Part shown: piece by piece, positions 20,233 through 29,039 of the stretch
How the letters are laid out: each line of letters opens with the position of its first letter
Position numbering within the stretch: the first letter of the stretch is position 1
Virus record (IMG/VR): IMGVR_UViG_3300009161_006153
Span: 1 to 64,000 of that record
Strand: one strand, 5' to 3'
Length of the DNA: 64,000 bases
Source of the DNA: a virus
Notes under the pieces: generated by a model
Told to the model about the DNA's origin: nothing
Databases searched by the model: none
What the model saw: only the letters and a program-made list of their open reading frames with translations
Translations under genes and position numbers: made by a program

Positions 20233-20261
20233 GAAACTTTTCTGCTAAAACATGCTAAGAT
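20233..20261 (+). promoter_or_regulatory. Class-II promoter GAAAC-N18-TAAGAT
   Basis: Exact 18-nt spacer; followed by a non-coding G/C-tract segment. Confidence 0.5.
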
Positions 20262-20357
20262 TATTATCTTAAGGGACCCGGGGGTGAAATCTAATTCTAT
20301 CTAAGACCCCAAACTTTTAATCTTATTCCCCAATACCCCAGTTTTTAATTTCTTAGA

Positions 20358-20365
20358 GATATATA
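20358..20365 (+). promoter_or_regulatory. Late-type promoter GATATATA
   Basis: 19 nt before ATG 20385. Confidence 0.6.
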
Positions 20366-20384
20366 GGTCAAACAATAACAAGTC

Positions 20385-20852
20385 ATGTTACATTTATTAG
20401 AATTTAATTTATTTAGTGGAAGCGCTACCCCAGGCTCTGCACCAGCAGGGGTTGAAGTTGCACCTCCTATCTTTGGAACTATCGATTTTAGCATGTCAAA
20501 TGTATCGGATGATGCTATGTCTTTAATAGCTGGATTAATGGCTCAGTCAGTAATAAACTCTGGTGAAGCTGAGAAAATAGTAATGATGGCTAAGACTAAT
20601 CCTAATTCCGCAGCTTCCTATCTACAGAATAAAATAGAGGGGATTCTTTCGCAAGTGCCTGGGACTAAACCAGAGTTTATTCAGCAGGTTAAAGGACAGG
20701 GATCAAATCTGGCTAAATATATGATACAGATAATTCCAGGTCTACTTGGAAATTTAAGCGATCAAGATATTGATTCCCACGAGTTAAAGCAAGATCCATC
20801 GAAGGTGACATTCTTCGATAGATTAGAGAAGTTTATTACTCCAGAGCAATAA
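20385..20852 (+). CDS. Hypothetical late protein (possible internal head protein)
   Basis: N-terminus MLHLLEFNLF resembles the two upstream ORFs; has its own late motif and terminator. Confidence 0.5.
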   Translation: MLHLLEFNLFSGSATPGSAPAGVEVAPPIFGTIDFSMSNVSDDAMSLIAGLMAQSVINSGEAEKIVMMAKTNPNSAASYLQNKIEGILSQVPGTKPEFIQQVKGQGSNLAKYMIQIIPGLLGNLSDQDIDSHELKQDPSKVTFFDRLEKFITPEQ

Positions 20853-20877
20853 GTTACCCATATAATACTCTATAAAT

Positions 20878-20909
20878 AAAAAGGTCCAAATTTACTTGGA
20901 CCTTTTTTT
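20878..20909 (+). terminator. Intrinsic terminator
   Basis: AAAAAGGTCCAA-atttac-TTGGACCTTTTTTT. Confidence 0.82.
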
Positions 20910-20923
20910 ATTATCAAATGCTG

Positions 20924-20952
20924 GAAACTAAAGTCATGTTTACAGCTAAAAG
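20924..20952 (+). promoter_or_regulatory. Class-II promoter GAAAC-N18-TAAAAG
   Basis: Between the terminator and uvsX. Confidence 0.55.
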
Positions 20953-20976
20953 ATGTGTATAAAACAATTGAATACT

Positions 20977-22173
20977 ATGGCTAAATCTACTAGCGGATTT
21001 TCTTTTCTATCTTTAGATAAAGAACTGTCTAAAATAACTGGGTTTGAAACTGGGTCTATCCTTGCTAATAATACTTTTAGCGAGGTTGATGAATGGATTC
21101 CTACTGGAAATTATCTTCTAAATGCACAGATCTCTGGGACACTTTTCGGGGGCGTCCCAAATACAAGGTCTTTTGGAGTTATGGGCGATCCAGGAACAGG
21201 TAAATCATTCTTCTGTCTCAATGTGGTTAGAGAGGCCCAAAAAATAGGGTATGATGTTATCTACTGTGACACAGAGGGAGCGATAGATAAAAATAGCGCT
21301 GAAAAATTTGGAATAGACCTTCAGAAAATTAGATATCAGCCGATCCAAACAGTTTCACAATTCCAAACATTTGTTGCTAATGTTTTGGATATAGTCAAGA
21401 AGTCTAAATCTGAGGGGCAAAATCCTAAAATACTATTAGTTCTAGATTCACTAGGTATGCTCTCAACGGATAAAGAGCTTAATGATGCTATCAAAGGACA
21501 TAACGCTGCTGATATGGGGGCTAAAGCGAAGGAGCTTAGAAAACTATTTAGAGTAATCACACTTGATCTAACCGCTGCTAAAATCCCTCTTATATGCACA
21601 AATCACGTTTATGCTGGTGGAGGATATATGCCGACTAAAGAAAGTTCTGGGGGAGATGGACCTATCTTTGCAATGTCTGTTGTTTCATTTCTTTCAAAGG
21701 CTCAATTAAAGGATGGTGCAGGAACTAAAACAGGAATAATTGTTACATCCACATTAAAGAAAAGTAGATTTACAATACCAGAGCAAGTTAAATTCCATAT
21801 CTCTTTTTCCCATGGGATGAATCCTTATGTTGGATTACAAGATTACGTTTCCTGGGAAGCGTGCGGAATAGAGAGAGGTAAATTTGAAGAAGTAAAAAAT
21901 CCAGAAACAGGTAAAAAAGAATCTATATTCAAACCAAATTCAACAGCACAAAGATGGGGAGTTAAGCATTTAGGAAAAACAGTTGCTTCTACTGAATTGT
22001 TTACTCCTGAGGTTTTCACAAATGATGTTTTAAAGCAACTTGATGAAAAAGTAATTAAAAATAAATTCAAGTTACCCGATCTTGTTGATCACTCGGATAT
22101 CTTGGCCTCTATTGATGATGGAGTTGATTCTAAAAATGAAGATATAGAACAAGATGGACCGGAACAAGATTAA
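20977..22173 (+). CDS. uvsX: UvsX/RecA-like recombinase
   Basis: IPTG..LLN..ISG, Walker A GDPGTGKS, DTE, LDSLG, DMG.KAK, TNHVY, SGG. Start set to ATG 20977. Confidence 0.9.
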   Translation: MAKSTSGFSFLSLDKELSKITGFETGSILANNTFSEVDEWIPTGNYLLNAQISGTLFGGVPNTRSFGVMGDPGTGKSFFCLNVVREAQKIGYDVIYCDTEGAIDKNSAEKFGIDLQKIRYQPIQTVSQFQTFVANVLDIVKKSKSEGQNPKILLVLDSLGMLSTDKELNDAIKGHNAADMGAKAKELRKLFRVITLDLTAAKIPLICTNHVYAGGGYMPTKESSGGDGPIFAMSVVSFLSKAQLKDGAGTKTGIIVTSTLKKSRFTIPEQVKFHISFSHGMNPYVGLQDYVSWEACGIERGKFEEVKNPETGKKESIFKPNSTAQRWGVKHLGKTVASTELFTPEVFTNDVLKQLDEKVIKNKFKLPDLVDHSDILASIDDGVDSKNEDIEQDGPEQD

Positions 22174-22435
22174 GCTTAAGTACTTATTAGGAATTTGGAA
22201 ATCTCTACCAAATTACCCTTGTCATGAGGATGTTATCTACGAAATAAAATCCTTTCTGCTTAAAGAGGATAAATCTGGAGGGGAATTCTCTTATCAAAAT
22301 CTGAAAACAATTTTCGGATCAGACTATGAAAATAAGAATCATGGATTTATTATTAAAGAGATGTTACAGTCTGGTGAGATAGAAGAGAAGATAAAGGGTC
22401 AGCAAAATAAGATCTGGTATAAATTGAAAAATTAA
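22154..22435 (+). CDS. Hypothetical protein
   Basis: 93-aa ORF filling the gap between uvsX and the helicase. Confidence 0.6.
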   Translation: MDRNKIKLKYLLGIWKSLPNYPCHEDVIYEIKSFLLKEDKSGGEFSYQNLKTIFGSDYENKNHGFIIKEMLQSGEIEEKIKGQQNKIWYKLKN

Positions 22436-22439
22436 GAAT

Positions 22440-23741
22440 ATGGAGTTATCACATTCCGAGAATATTATTTTAAGATATGTAGTAAATAGTGCGGAATATC
22501 TAGAGTCGTGCAAACCTCATTTTTTCAAAAACGAGTCATTAGGTGAGATCCTCGATTTAGTTAAGGATTTCTGGGATAAGTATCACGAAATTCCCACTCC
22601 AGATCAGATAATAGAATCTTCTAAAATACTAGGAAAAGATGGAAGGATTAGTAATTTAGAGATAAGAAGCATTTATGAAATAGATTTAACTAAATACGAG
22701 GAGGATTGGCTTAAAGAAACCACAGAGTTTTTTATAGAGTATAAAAATCTTACAAAATCTGCTATTGATGCTGTAAAGTATTTACAAACAACCTCTGTCT
22801 CTTCTGAGAATATTAAAAGTGTTATAGATACTTTCAAAAATATTATCATTGAAAGAAATAACATAGATTTCTCTTTTGATGAGGGATTGGATTTTTTTAA
22901 ACCAGATAGTCATAAACAATTAACATCTAGCACTTTTTCGAGTGGATATCCTTTTATAGACACAGTTCTAGGAGGAGGATTTTCTGCTAAAGCACTTTAT
23001 GTTTTTATGGGAATGCCAAAGGTTGGAAAATCTCTATGGCTAGGAAATCTTGCCGCACAGGCTGTTAAAACAGGTCACAATGTTGCAGTCATATCTTTAG
23101 AGATGGGTGATAGAAAGTATGTGAAAAGAATGGGCTCTAATTTATTAGGTATATCAATCTCCGATTACAATGAAACGTCTAGGGATGAGCAATCAATAAA
23201 GAAGAAAATAAATTCTATAACATTTGATAATCTGAGAGTACCTGGACATTTATTAATTAAAGAATTTCCAACCTCTCAGGCTTCTGTAAACGATGTAGAG
23301 AGATATCTTAAAAAAGTTGAGGAGATAAGGGGCATTAAATTCAAAGTGGTAATAGTGGATTATATTAATATCATGAAGAATTGGAGAAATCCAAATACAG
23401 AGAATACCTATATGAAAATCAAGCAAATTGCTGAGGATCTACGAGGTTCAGCTATGTCTAATAATTGGTCTATTATCACAGCAACACAAACAAAACAAGG
23501 TGATTTCGATGCATCGGATTTAAGTATAAACTCTGCAGCTGAATCATCAGGTCTTGTTGCAACTGTTGATGGAATGTTTGGTATTATCCAAGACCCCATC
23601 ATGTATGCAAACAAGGAATACAAACTAAAGATCTTAGCTAACAGAGATGATGGTTACAAGAATGCACATAAGATATTTAATGTTGATTATAGATATATGA
23701 GAATAATGGAGGACTCTTCTATTCCCATGCACATAGAATAA
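22440..23741 (+). CDS. gp41: DnaB-like replicative helicase (T4 gp41-like)
   Basis: Walker A GMPKVGKS, SLEM, IKEFPT, VDYIN, AEDLRG, TATQ, ESSG. Confidence 0.9.
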   Translation: MELSHSENIILRYVVNSAEYLESCKPHFFKNESLGEILDLVKDFWDKYHEIPTPDQIIESSKILGKDGRISNLEIRSIYEIDLTKYEEDWLKETTEFFIEYKNLTKSAIDAVKYLQTTSVSSENIKSVIDTFKNIIIERNNIDFSFDEGLDFFKPDSHKQLTSSTFSSGYPFIDTVLGGGFSAKALYVFMGMPKVGKSLWLGNLAAQAVKTGHNVAVISLEMGDRKYVKRMGSNLLGISISDYNETSRDEQSIKKKINSITFDNLRVPGHLLIKEFPTSQASVNDVERYLKKVEEIRGIKFKVVIVDYINIMKNWRNPNTENTYMKIKQIAEDLRGSAMSNNWSIITATQTKQGDFDASDLSINSAAESSGLVATVDGMFGIIQDPIMYANKEYKLKILANRDDGYKNAHKIFNVDYRYMRIMEDSSIPMHIE

Positions 23742-23753
23742 AATCCATAAAAA

Positions 23754-24232
23754 ATGCAAGAAAAAAAGAAGACAAGAAGGAAGATAAGAAGGAAGATAAG
23801 AAAGTCTTAGGTGATAAAATATTTGGAGCTCATAATAATCCCACTAAGGAAAACGAATATAGTGAGAATTTTGAAGTAGATGATAGAAATAGAATAATCC
23901 AGGAATCCTATGATGAACAGGATTATCTCTATAAGAAGAAATTAGAGGAAATGGTGTATGATGCTTTCCAAACATCGAGATGGTTTCCATTGAGTTATAA
24001 GAAGAAAATTCCGAAAGATCTCATTCCCCATATTTTTCAAGAAGTTCTAGAAAAACTAGAAAACACTGAATACACCTTTTCAGAGAAATTTGTTTCAATC
24101 TGTGATTATATCCAAGTACCATATTCAAAGGCTTATGAGATAACCCCGATAAAATATAAGGAGTTAATTATTAACGAGCTCGAGGTAAAATTTCAAATAC
24201 TTTCAAAGAAAAAAATAAAGAGGCTTTTTTAA
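23754..24232 (+). CDS. Hypothetical protein (weakly gp33 late-coactivator-like); needs a -1 shift at A_AAA_AAG or an unusual start
   Basis: The 23951 frame is open ~65 codons further upstream (EDKKEDKKEDKKVLGDKIFGAHNNP...) with no ATG/GTG/TTG. ATG 23754 is in another frame and reaches A AAA AAG at codons 3-5. Confidence 0.55.
23768..23803 (+). repeat. 12-nt tandem repeat x3 (EDKK)
   Basis: gaagacaagaag gaagataagaag gaagataagaaa. Confidence 0.8.
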
Positions 24233-25344
24233 TGTTAACCACTTCTGATAATAATATACTAATTAATGATAGTGCAAGAAGAATTTGGTTTATTACAGAT
24301 ACCCATTTTGGTGTAAGAAATAATTCTAATGACTGGATAGATATTATGAGAGATTATTTCGAGAAATGGTTTATCCCTATGGTCGAAGAAAATTATAAAC
24401 CTGGGGATATCCTGATTCATTTAGGTGATGTTTATGATTCAAGACAAAGCTTAAATATAAAGGTCTTAAATCTCGGTGTTTCTATATTTGAAAGCTTATC
24501 TAAAATTTTTAAAGATGGTATCTATGTTATAGCGGGGAATCACGATTTATGGGGTAAAAATTCAAATGAAGTTAATTCACTTAAATCTATTAAGTGGATA
24601 CCGATGGTTAATGTTATAGAAAATCCGCTAACTTTAAAAATCGGGGATAAGAATTTATTCATGATGCCATGGAGAGCAAACCACGAAGAGGAAGCACAAA
24701 CACTCGAAACTGTTGATCCCCATGATATTCTTTGCTGCCATGCTGATATAAGAGGATTGAAATTTAATAAATACACCACTGTTGAGGAGGGTGCATCTGT
24801 TGAGAAATTAAAAAAGTTTAAATTAGTTTATTCTGGTCATATCCATTACTCCCAGAAAACTCAGAATATTAGAATGCTAGGTTCACCCTACGAGTTAACT
24901 AGATCTGATATAGATAATCCTAAATTTATTCTCCTTCTAGATCTTGAAAATCTTGAGGAGAAAGTTTTTGTAAACGAGTTTTCTCCAAAGTTTAAAAAAT
25001 TATATTTTAATGATATAATAGAAAAAACCCCGGAAGAGCTACTACCTGTTTTTAATAACAATTTCATTGATATTATGATAGATCCTTCGATGTCAATGAA
25101 AACACAGTTAAGCTTATTAACTGAGATTATCACTTCTTATAAGACCCTTAATTTTCATCCGTGGGATCCAAATCAAGCTACAACTTTATCAGACCAAATG
25201 TTTGATTCCGAGGGTAAGCAATTTGACGTTCTTGATTTTATTAAAGATTACATATCATGCTTAGACGAAGAGTCCGCAGTTAAGGATAAGATGATAACTA
25301 GTCTTTCAAAACTATATTCCATAGTCATAAACCAAGAGAATTAA
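24232..25344 (+). CDS. gp47: Mre11/SbcD-like recombination nuclease subunit
   Basis: DTHFG, HLGD, AGNHD, GHIH, GSPY. Confidence 0.9.
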   Translation: MLTTSDNNILINDSARRIWFITDTHFGVRNNSNDWIDIMRDYFEKWFIPMVEENYKPGDILIHLGDVYDSRQSLNIKVLNLGVSIFESLSKIFKDGIYVIAGNHDLWGKNSNEVNSLKSIKWIPMVNVIENPLTLKIGDKNLFMMPWRANHEEEAQTLETVDPHDILCCHADIRGLKFNKYTTVEEGASVEKLKKFKLVYSGHIHYSQKTQNIRMLGSPYELTRSDIDNPKFILLLDLENLEEKVFVNEFSPKFKKLYFNDIIEKTPEELLPVFNNNFIDIMIDPSMSMKTQLSLLTEIITSYKTLNFHPWDPNQATTLSDQMFDSEGKQFDVLDFIKDYISCLDEESAVKDKMITSLSKLYSIVINQEN

Positions 25345-25348
25345 TTTA

Positions 25349-27013
25349 ATGAAGATAATAAAGGTTGAATGGAAAAACTTCGGTTCGTACGGTAATAGAA
25401 AGCAAGTATTAGAATTTCCTGAAGAATCCAAATTATATCAGGTTGTTGGAAATAACGGGGTTGGAAAAACAACAATATCCCAGGTTATATCTTTTTGCCT
25501 ATTTGGAAAGGTAGAGGGAAAAAAACTTGGTGATATTCCAAATAGAATTAACGGTCATGCTTGGACTAAAATAGAATTTGAGAGCAGAGGCAGAATAGTA
25601 ACTGTAGAAAGGGGGTTAGAGCCATCTATTTTCAATCTATATCTAGATGGTGTTATTTATGATCAAGCTGGAAGTAAAAATGTTCAGGATTATCTAGTTG
25701 ATGAGCTAATAGGTTTACCTTTTTATGTTTTCAACAACACCATATCTTTATCCATAAACGACTTCAAGTCTTTTATTAAAATGAGTCCTCAGGATAAAAG
25801 AGCTATAGTTGATAAGATATTTGGATTTCATATACTTAATCAAATGAGAGAGACCCTGAAATCTGAGATGAAAAGAATCAAAGAGGATGCTGACTCATTA
25901 AAGGGAAGTCTTTCTTCCCTTGAAAGAAGTATAGAGCAGTCTAATAATGAAATGAACAGGCTTTTATCTGAAATAGAAACACAGTCTAAAGATGAGATTG
26001 AAAAACTTAAGGATTCCCTATTAAAATTTAAAGAGCTTCAAAATGTTCATAAAGGAAAAATTGAAGAGTTTATAATAATAGAGAATAATATGAGCTCCCT
26101 AGTTTCAGAGGCTAGTAGATCTCTTATACAAACAAGATCAGAAATACAGGAGTTGGAAAGAAGACTTAAATTATACCAATCTGATAAATGCCCAACATGC
26201 GAATCTGATCTTTCTGGTGATTTTCACAACTCGATAAAAGAAGAGCTTGAATCGGATAAACAAAATAAATCTATAGATCTTAAAAATTTTGATGATAATT
26301 TAAGAGATTTAAGATCTGAGGAGAATGAGCTTAGATTAAAAAAATCGGATCTCACTGAGAAAGGAAATAAAATATCCGGTAAAATCAGAGAGATAAATTC
26401 TCAAATTGATAAGATAAATTCATCTAATCCGGATGCTCAAATAACATCCCTGAAAAGAATAAACGAGGGACTAAATTCAGATAAATTTAATGTTGAGTCT
26501 AAAATGCATTCTAGTCACGAAAGAAGTATCTGGATACAAAAATTAGATTCTGTTCTTGGTGAAAGGGGGGTAAAACAAATGGCGATTAAAACCATACTAC
26601 CCTCACTTAATTCAGAAATCACCGATCTCCTCAGAGAAATGAATCTTGAGTTTCAGATCACATTCGATGATGAATTTAAGGCATCAATTTTTCATATGGG
26701 TGCAGAGATACCAGTCCAATCTTTAAGTACAGGTGAGATGAAAAAAGTAGATTTTGTTGTTCTTATTGCTATTATGAAGCTAATGAAGCTTAAATTCAGC
26801 ACGATAAACCTTCTTTTTCTTGACGAGTTATTCAGTTCCGTTGACCCCGAGGGTGTCCATTCTATTTTAAAAATATTAAAAAAGAACTCAAAAAACATGG
26901 GCCTTAATATTTTTGTTATTAATCACGCTCAAATGCCCCACGAGATCTTCGATCTCAAGTTAGATGTTACAAAAACAAATAATTTCTCCTCTATTCAAGT
27001 GGATACGTTCTGA
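25349..27013 (+). CDS. gp46: Rad50/SbcC-like recombination ATPase subunit
   Basis: KNFGSYGN, GNNGVGKT, CPTC zinc hook, LSTGE, LFLDE, H-loop. Confidence 0.92.
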   Translation: MKIIKVEWKNFGSYGNRKQVLEFPEESKLYQVVGNNGVGKTTISQVISFCLFGKVEGKKLGDIPNRINGHAWTKIEFESRGRIVTVERGLEPSIFNLYLDGVIYDQAGSKNVQDYLVDELIGLPFYVFNNTISLSINDFKSFIKMSPQDKRAIVDKIFGFHILNQMRETLKSEMKRIKEDADSLKGSLSSLERSIEQSNNEMNRLLSEIETQSKDEIEKLKDSLLKFKELQNVHKGKIEEFIIIENNMSSLVSEASRSLIQTRSEIQELERRLKLYQSDKCPTCESDLSGDFHNSIKEELESDKQNKSIDLKNFDDNLRDLRSEENELRLKKSDLTEKGNKISGKIREINSQIDKINSSNPDAQITSLKRINEGLNSDKFNVESKMHSSHERSIWIQKLDSVLGERGVKQMAIKTILPSLNSEITDLLREMNLEFQITFDDEFKASIFHMGAEIPVQSLSTGEMKKVDFVVLIAIMKLMKLKFSTINLLFLDELFSSVDPEGVHSILKILKKNSKNMGLNIFVINHAQMPHEIFDLKLDVTKTNNFSSIQVDTF

Positions 27014-27025
27014 TTTATGTTTTCA

Positions 27026-27033
27026 AATATATA
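27026..27033 (+). promoter_or_regulatory. Late-type promoter AATATATA
   Basis: 13 nt before TTG 27047; context TGTTTTCAAATATATA is shared with the 52035 site. Confidence 0.6.
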
Positions 27034-27046
27034 GAGGAAAAAAACC

Positions 27047-27940
27047 TTGAGAAGAAGGCAAAGAGTCCTAGATAGGATTAAAGAGGATTTACAATTATCC
27101 CCCAGACAAAAAGATCAGGCGGTAAGACAGGTTTTAAATAGTGTCTCCGGAATGAGAAATATACCAGCAAATTATGTTGATCCTGATACTATTGGTCAGG
27201 GATTACTTGGGACTGGTCTTTTCAAACCCAGACCTAATATAGAGCAAACTTATAACGAGCAGATCACAACAAAAGGCAAACCACTTTATATTAATGTTCA
27301 GACCTTCTCCCTGTTTTTTGTGGAATACAACAATTCAAATGTTAAAGGTATTGGACAATATCTTAAATCATTTGCTGTTATAAGAACATTAAGTCCGATC
27401 TCTATTAAAGAATGCTCCAATCTACTAGGTAATCAAGCAAAAAATTTAACAGGTTTAACCGAGCAAACTTATCAGAATGGTACTTTTTCTCATCCATCTT
27501 ATATTAATGACGATGGAACTCCGCTGGTTATTAGGTATGCAGAAATCGGTATAATAACTCAGAGAACCCCAGGAAGACTTGATAATATTCCTCTTGGATT
27601 TCCAGATTTCGATTCTACCCCAGATGGGATTATTACAAGTGTTGGACCGATACCTGGTCCTCCTTATGCTAGATTTGTTACCGCAACAGGAGCAACATTT
27701 CCCATTCAAACACCCCAAGGTGGTACAGTTTATTATATCGATGCAACTCCACAAACACCGTGGCAATTTGCTCCTACAGGGTGGGTTTGGGATTTTGGAG
27801 CAACTGCTTCGCCATCAGGAAGCACTGCGCAAAACCCGCCTATCGTAACATACTCGACAGCTGGAACTTTCACAGTTTCCCTAACCGCATCAAATGCTTA
27901 TGGATCAAACACAACAACCAGTTTTGTTGTAGTAACATAA
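27047..27940 (+). CDS. Virion protein with C-terminal PKD/Ig-like domain
   Basis: WVWDFG...QNP..TYSTAGTFTVSLTASN. Confidence 0.7.
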   Translation: MRRRQRVLDRIKEDLQLSPRQKDQAVRQVLNSVSGMRNIPANYVDPDTIGQGLLGTGLFKPRPNIEQTYNEQITTKGKPLYINVQTFSLFFVEYNNSNVKGIGQYLKSFAVIRTLSPISIKECSNLLGNQAKNLTGLTEQTYQNGTFSHPSYINDDGTPLVIRYAEIGIITQRTPGRLDNIPLGFPDFDSTPDGIITSVGPIPGPPYARFVTATGATFPIQTPQGGTVYYIDATPQTPWQFAPTGWVWDFGATASPSGSTAQNPPIVTYSTAGTFTVSLTASNAYGSNTTTSFVVVT

Positions 27941-27949
27941 AGAACTATT

Positions 27950-28699
27950 ATGTCAGGATTTTTAGAAAAATACAATACAGATGAGGTGTTCCTCAGAGGT
28001 CTTATAGGATCTTTCCTAAGAAGTCTAAATGATAAAGTAAGATACATCCAAATAAATGATCAGCAGCAAATACTGGAGGTTTTTATTCCTTTCTTTTACT
28101 CGATGACAGGTGATGAATCTTTCCTTCAAGATTTCTTTATCCAGTACCGTAACTGTTTAACTGATCATATTATAGCGGAGGGAAACTATGATGTAATACC
28201 TAGAGGAATAGTAACCATGGGTCAATCCCAAATAGACACACAGGCATTGGCTAACAAGTATACCCGGATGTCATACACCCGGGAAACCACGGAGGGAGAA
28301 ATGAAAACATTTTCATCATTCACTAATTCGTTACCCTTGAATATAGGCTTTGATGTAAATATTAAAACTGACACACTCCTTGATGCTTTCAAAATATATC
28401 AGGCTGTCATACAAACATTTTATAAAACATACACTTTTAGTTTTGAGTATGATGGATTTAGAATACCTTGTCAGGTTGGATTTCCCGAGAGTTATGATAT
28501 GACAAAGCAATTAGAATTTAGCTATAACAATTCTCCACAGTTTATAGAATTTAAATTTTCTGTTCAGATAGAAACATATTTTCCGGAAAAAGATCTTACA
28601 ACCGAGAGGTTTAGAGGTAATCTCATGCAAGCTGGGATAAAAATGGAGGACGTGGTGAGTTTAAGATCTTTACCAAAGAAAGACAACAATATACTTTAA
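27950..28699 (+). CDS. Tail terminator / sheath stabiliser (gp15-like)
   Basis: IPF.Y, IPRG, PLNI.F...I pattern and structural-gene context. Confidence 0.5.
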   Translation: MSGFLEKYNTDEVFLRGLIGSFLRSLNDKVRYIQINDQQQILEVFIPFFYSMTGDESFLQDFFIQYRNCLTDHIIAEGNYDVIPRGIVTMGQSQIDTQALANKYTRMSYTRETTEGEMKTFSSFTNSLPLNIGFDVNIKTDTLLDAFKIYQAVIQTFYKTYTFSFEYDGFRIPCQVGFPESYDMTKQLEFSYNNSPQFIEFKFSVQIETYFPEKDLTTERFRGNLMQAGIKMEDVVSLRSLPKKDNNIL

Positions 28700-28716
28700 T
28701 CTTCCCCGCAGTTTAG

Positions 28717-28724
28717 AATATATA
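28717..28724 (+). promoter_or_regulatory. Late-type promoter AATATATA
   Basis: 15 nt before ATG 28740. Confidence 0.6.
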
Positions 28725-28739
28725 AAGGAAAAAACTAAG

Positions 28740-29036
28740 ATGGCAAACATCGACGATGTAAGTATTCCTGGTTTATCCTCCAATATTATAGACGGTAGCA
28801 CAAGTCAAACTAACGATCAGCTCTATTTTGTGGGGACCGGTAGAAACTATGTGAAAAAGGTTGATTCTGCAACAACTGCTTATATCAAACAGACCGGTAA
28901 TTTCTATCAAAACACAAACCCAGTAGGGAAAGATTTTAGTGACATTTTAGATGGCGGAAGCTCCAGCAGAAGCACATCACAGTTCTTAGCCCCTATAGTT
29001 GGAGGGGTATTTCCAACACAGAAAACAGGAGTATAA
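28740..29036 (+). CDS. Hypothetical small virion protein
   Basis: 98 aa, S/T/G-rich, IIDG/ILDGG; precedes the fibre gene. Confidence 0.55.
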   Translation: MANIDDVSIPGLSSNIIDGSTSQTNDQLYFVGTGRNYVKKVDSATTAYIKQTGNFYQNTNPVGKDFSDILDGGSSSRSTSQFLAPIVGGVFPTQKTGV

Positions 29037-29039
29037 CAA

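Noticed and set aside
20262-20350. tRNA or CRISPR repeat in the G/C-tract segment
   Set aside because: No cloverleaf or TTC loop and no regularly spaced repeats; no tRNA, rRNA or CRISPR array seen anywhere in the window.
20871-20878. Exact T4 late promoter TATAAATA
   Set aside because: Sits directly upstream of a strong terminator with nothing to transcribe; likely a chance match.
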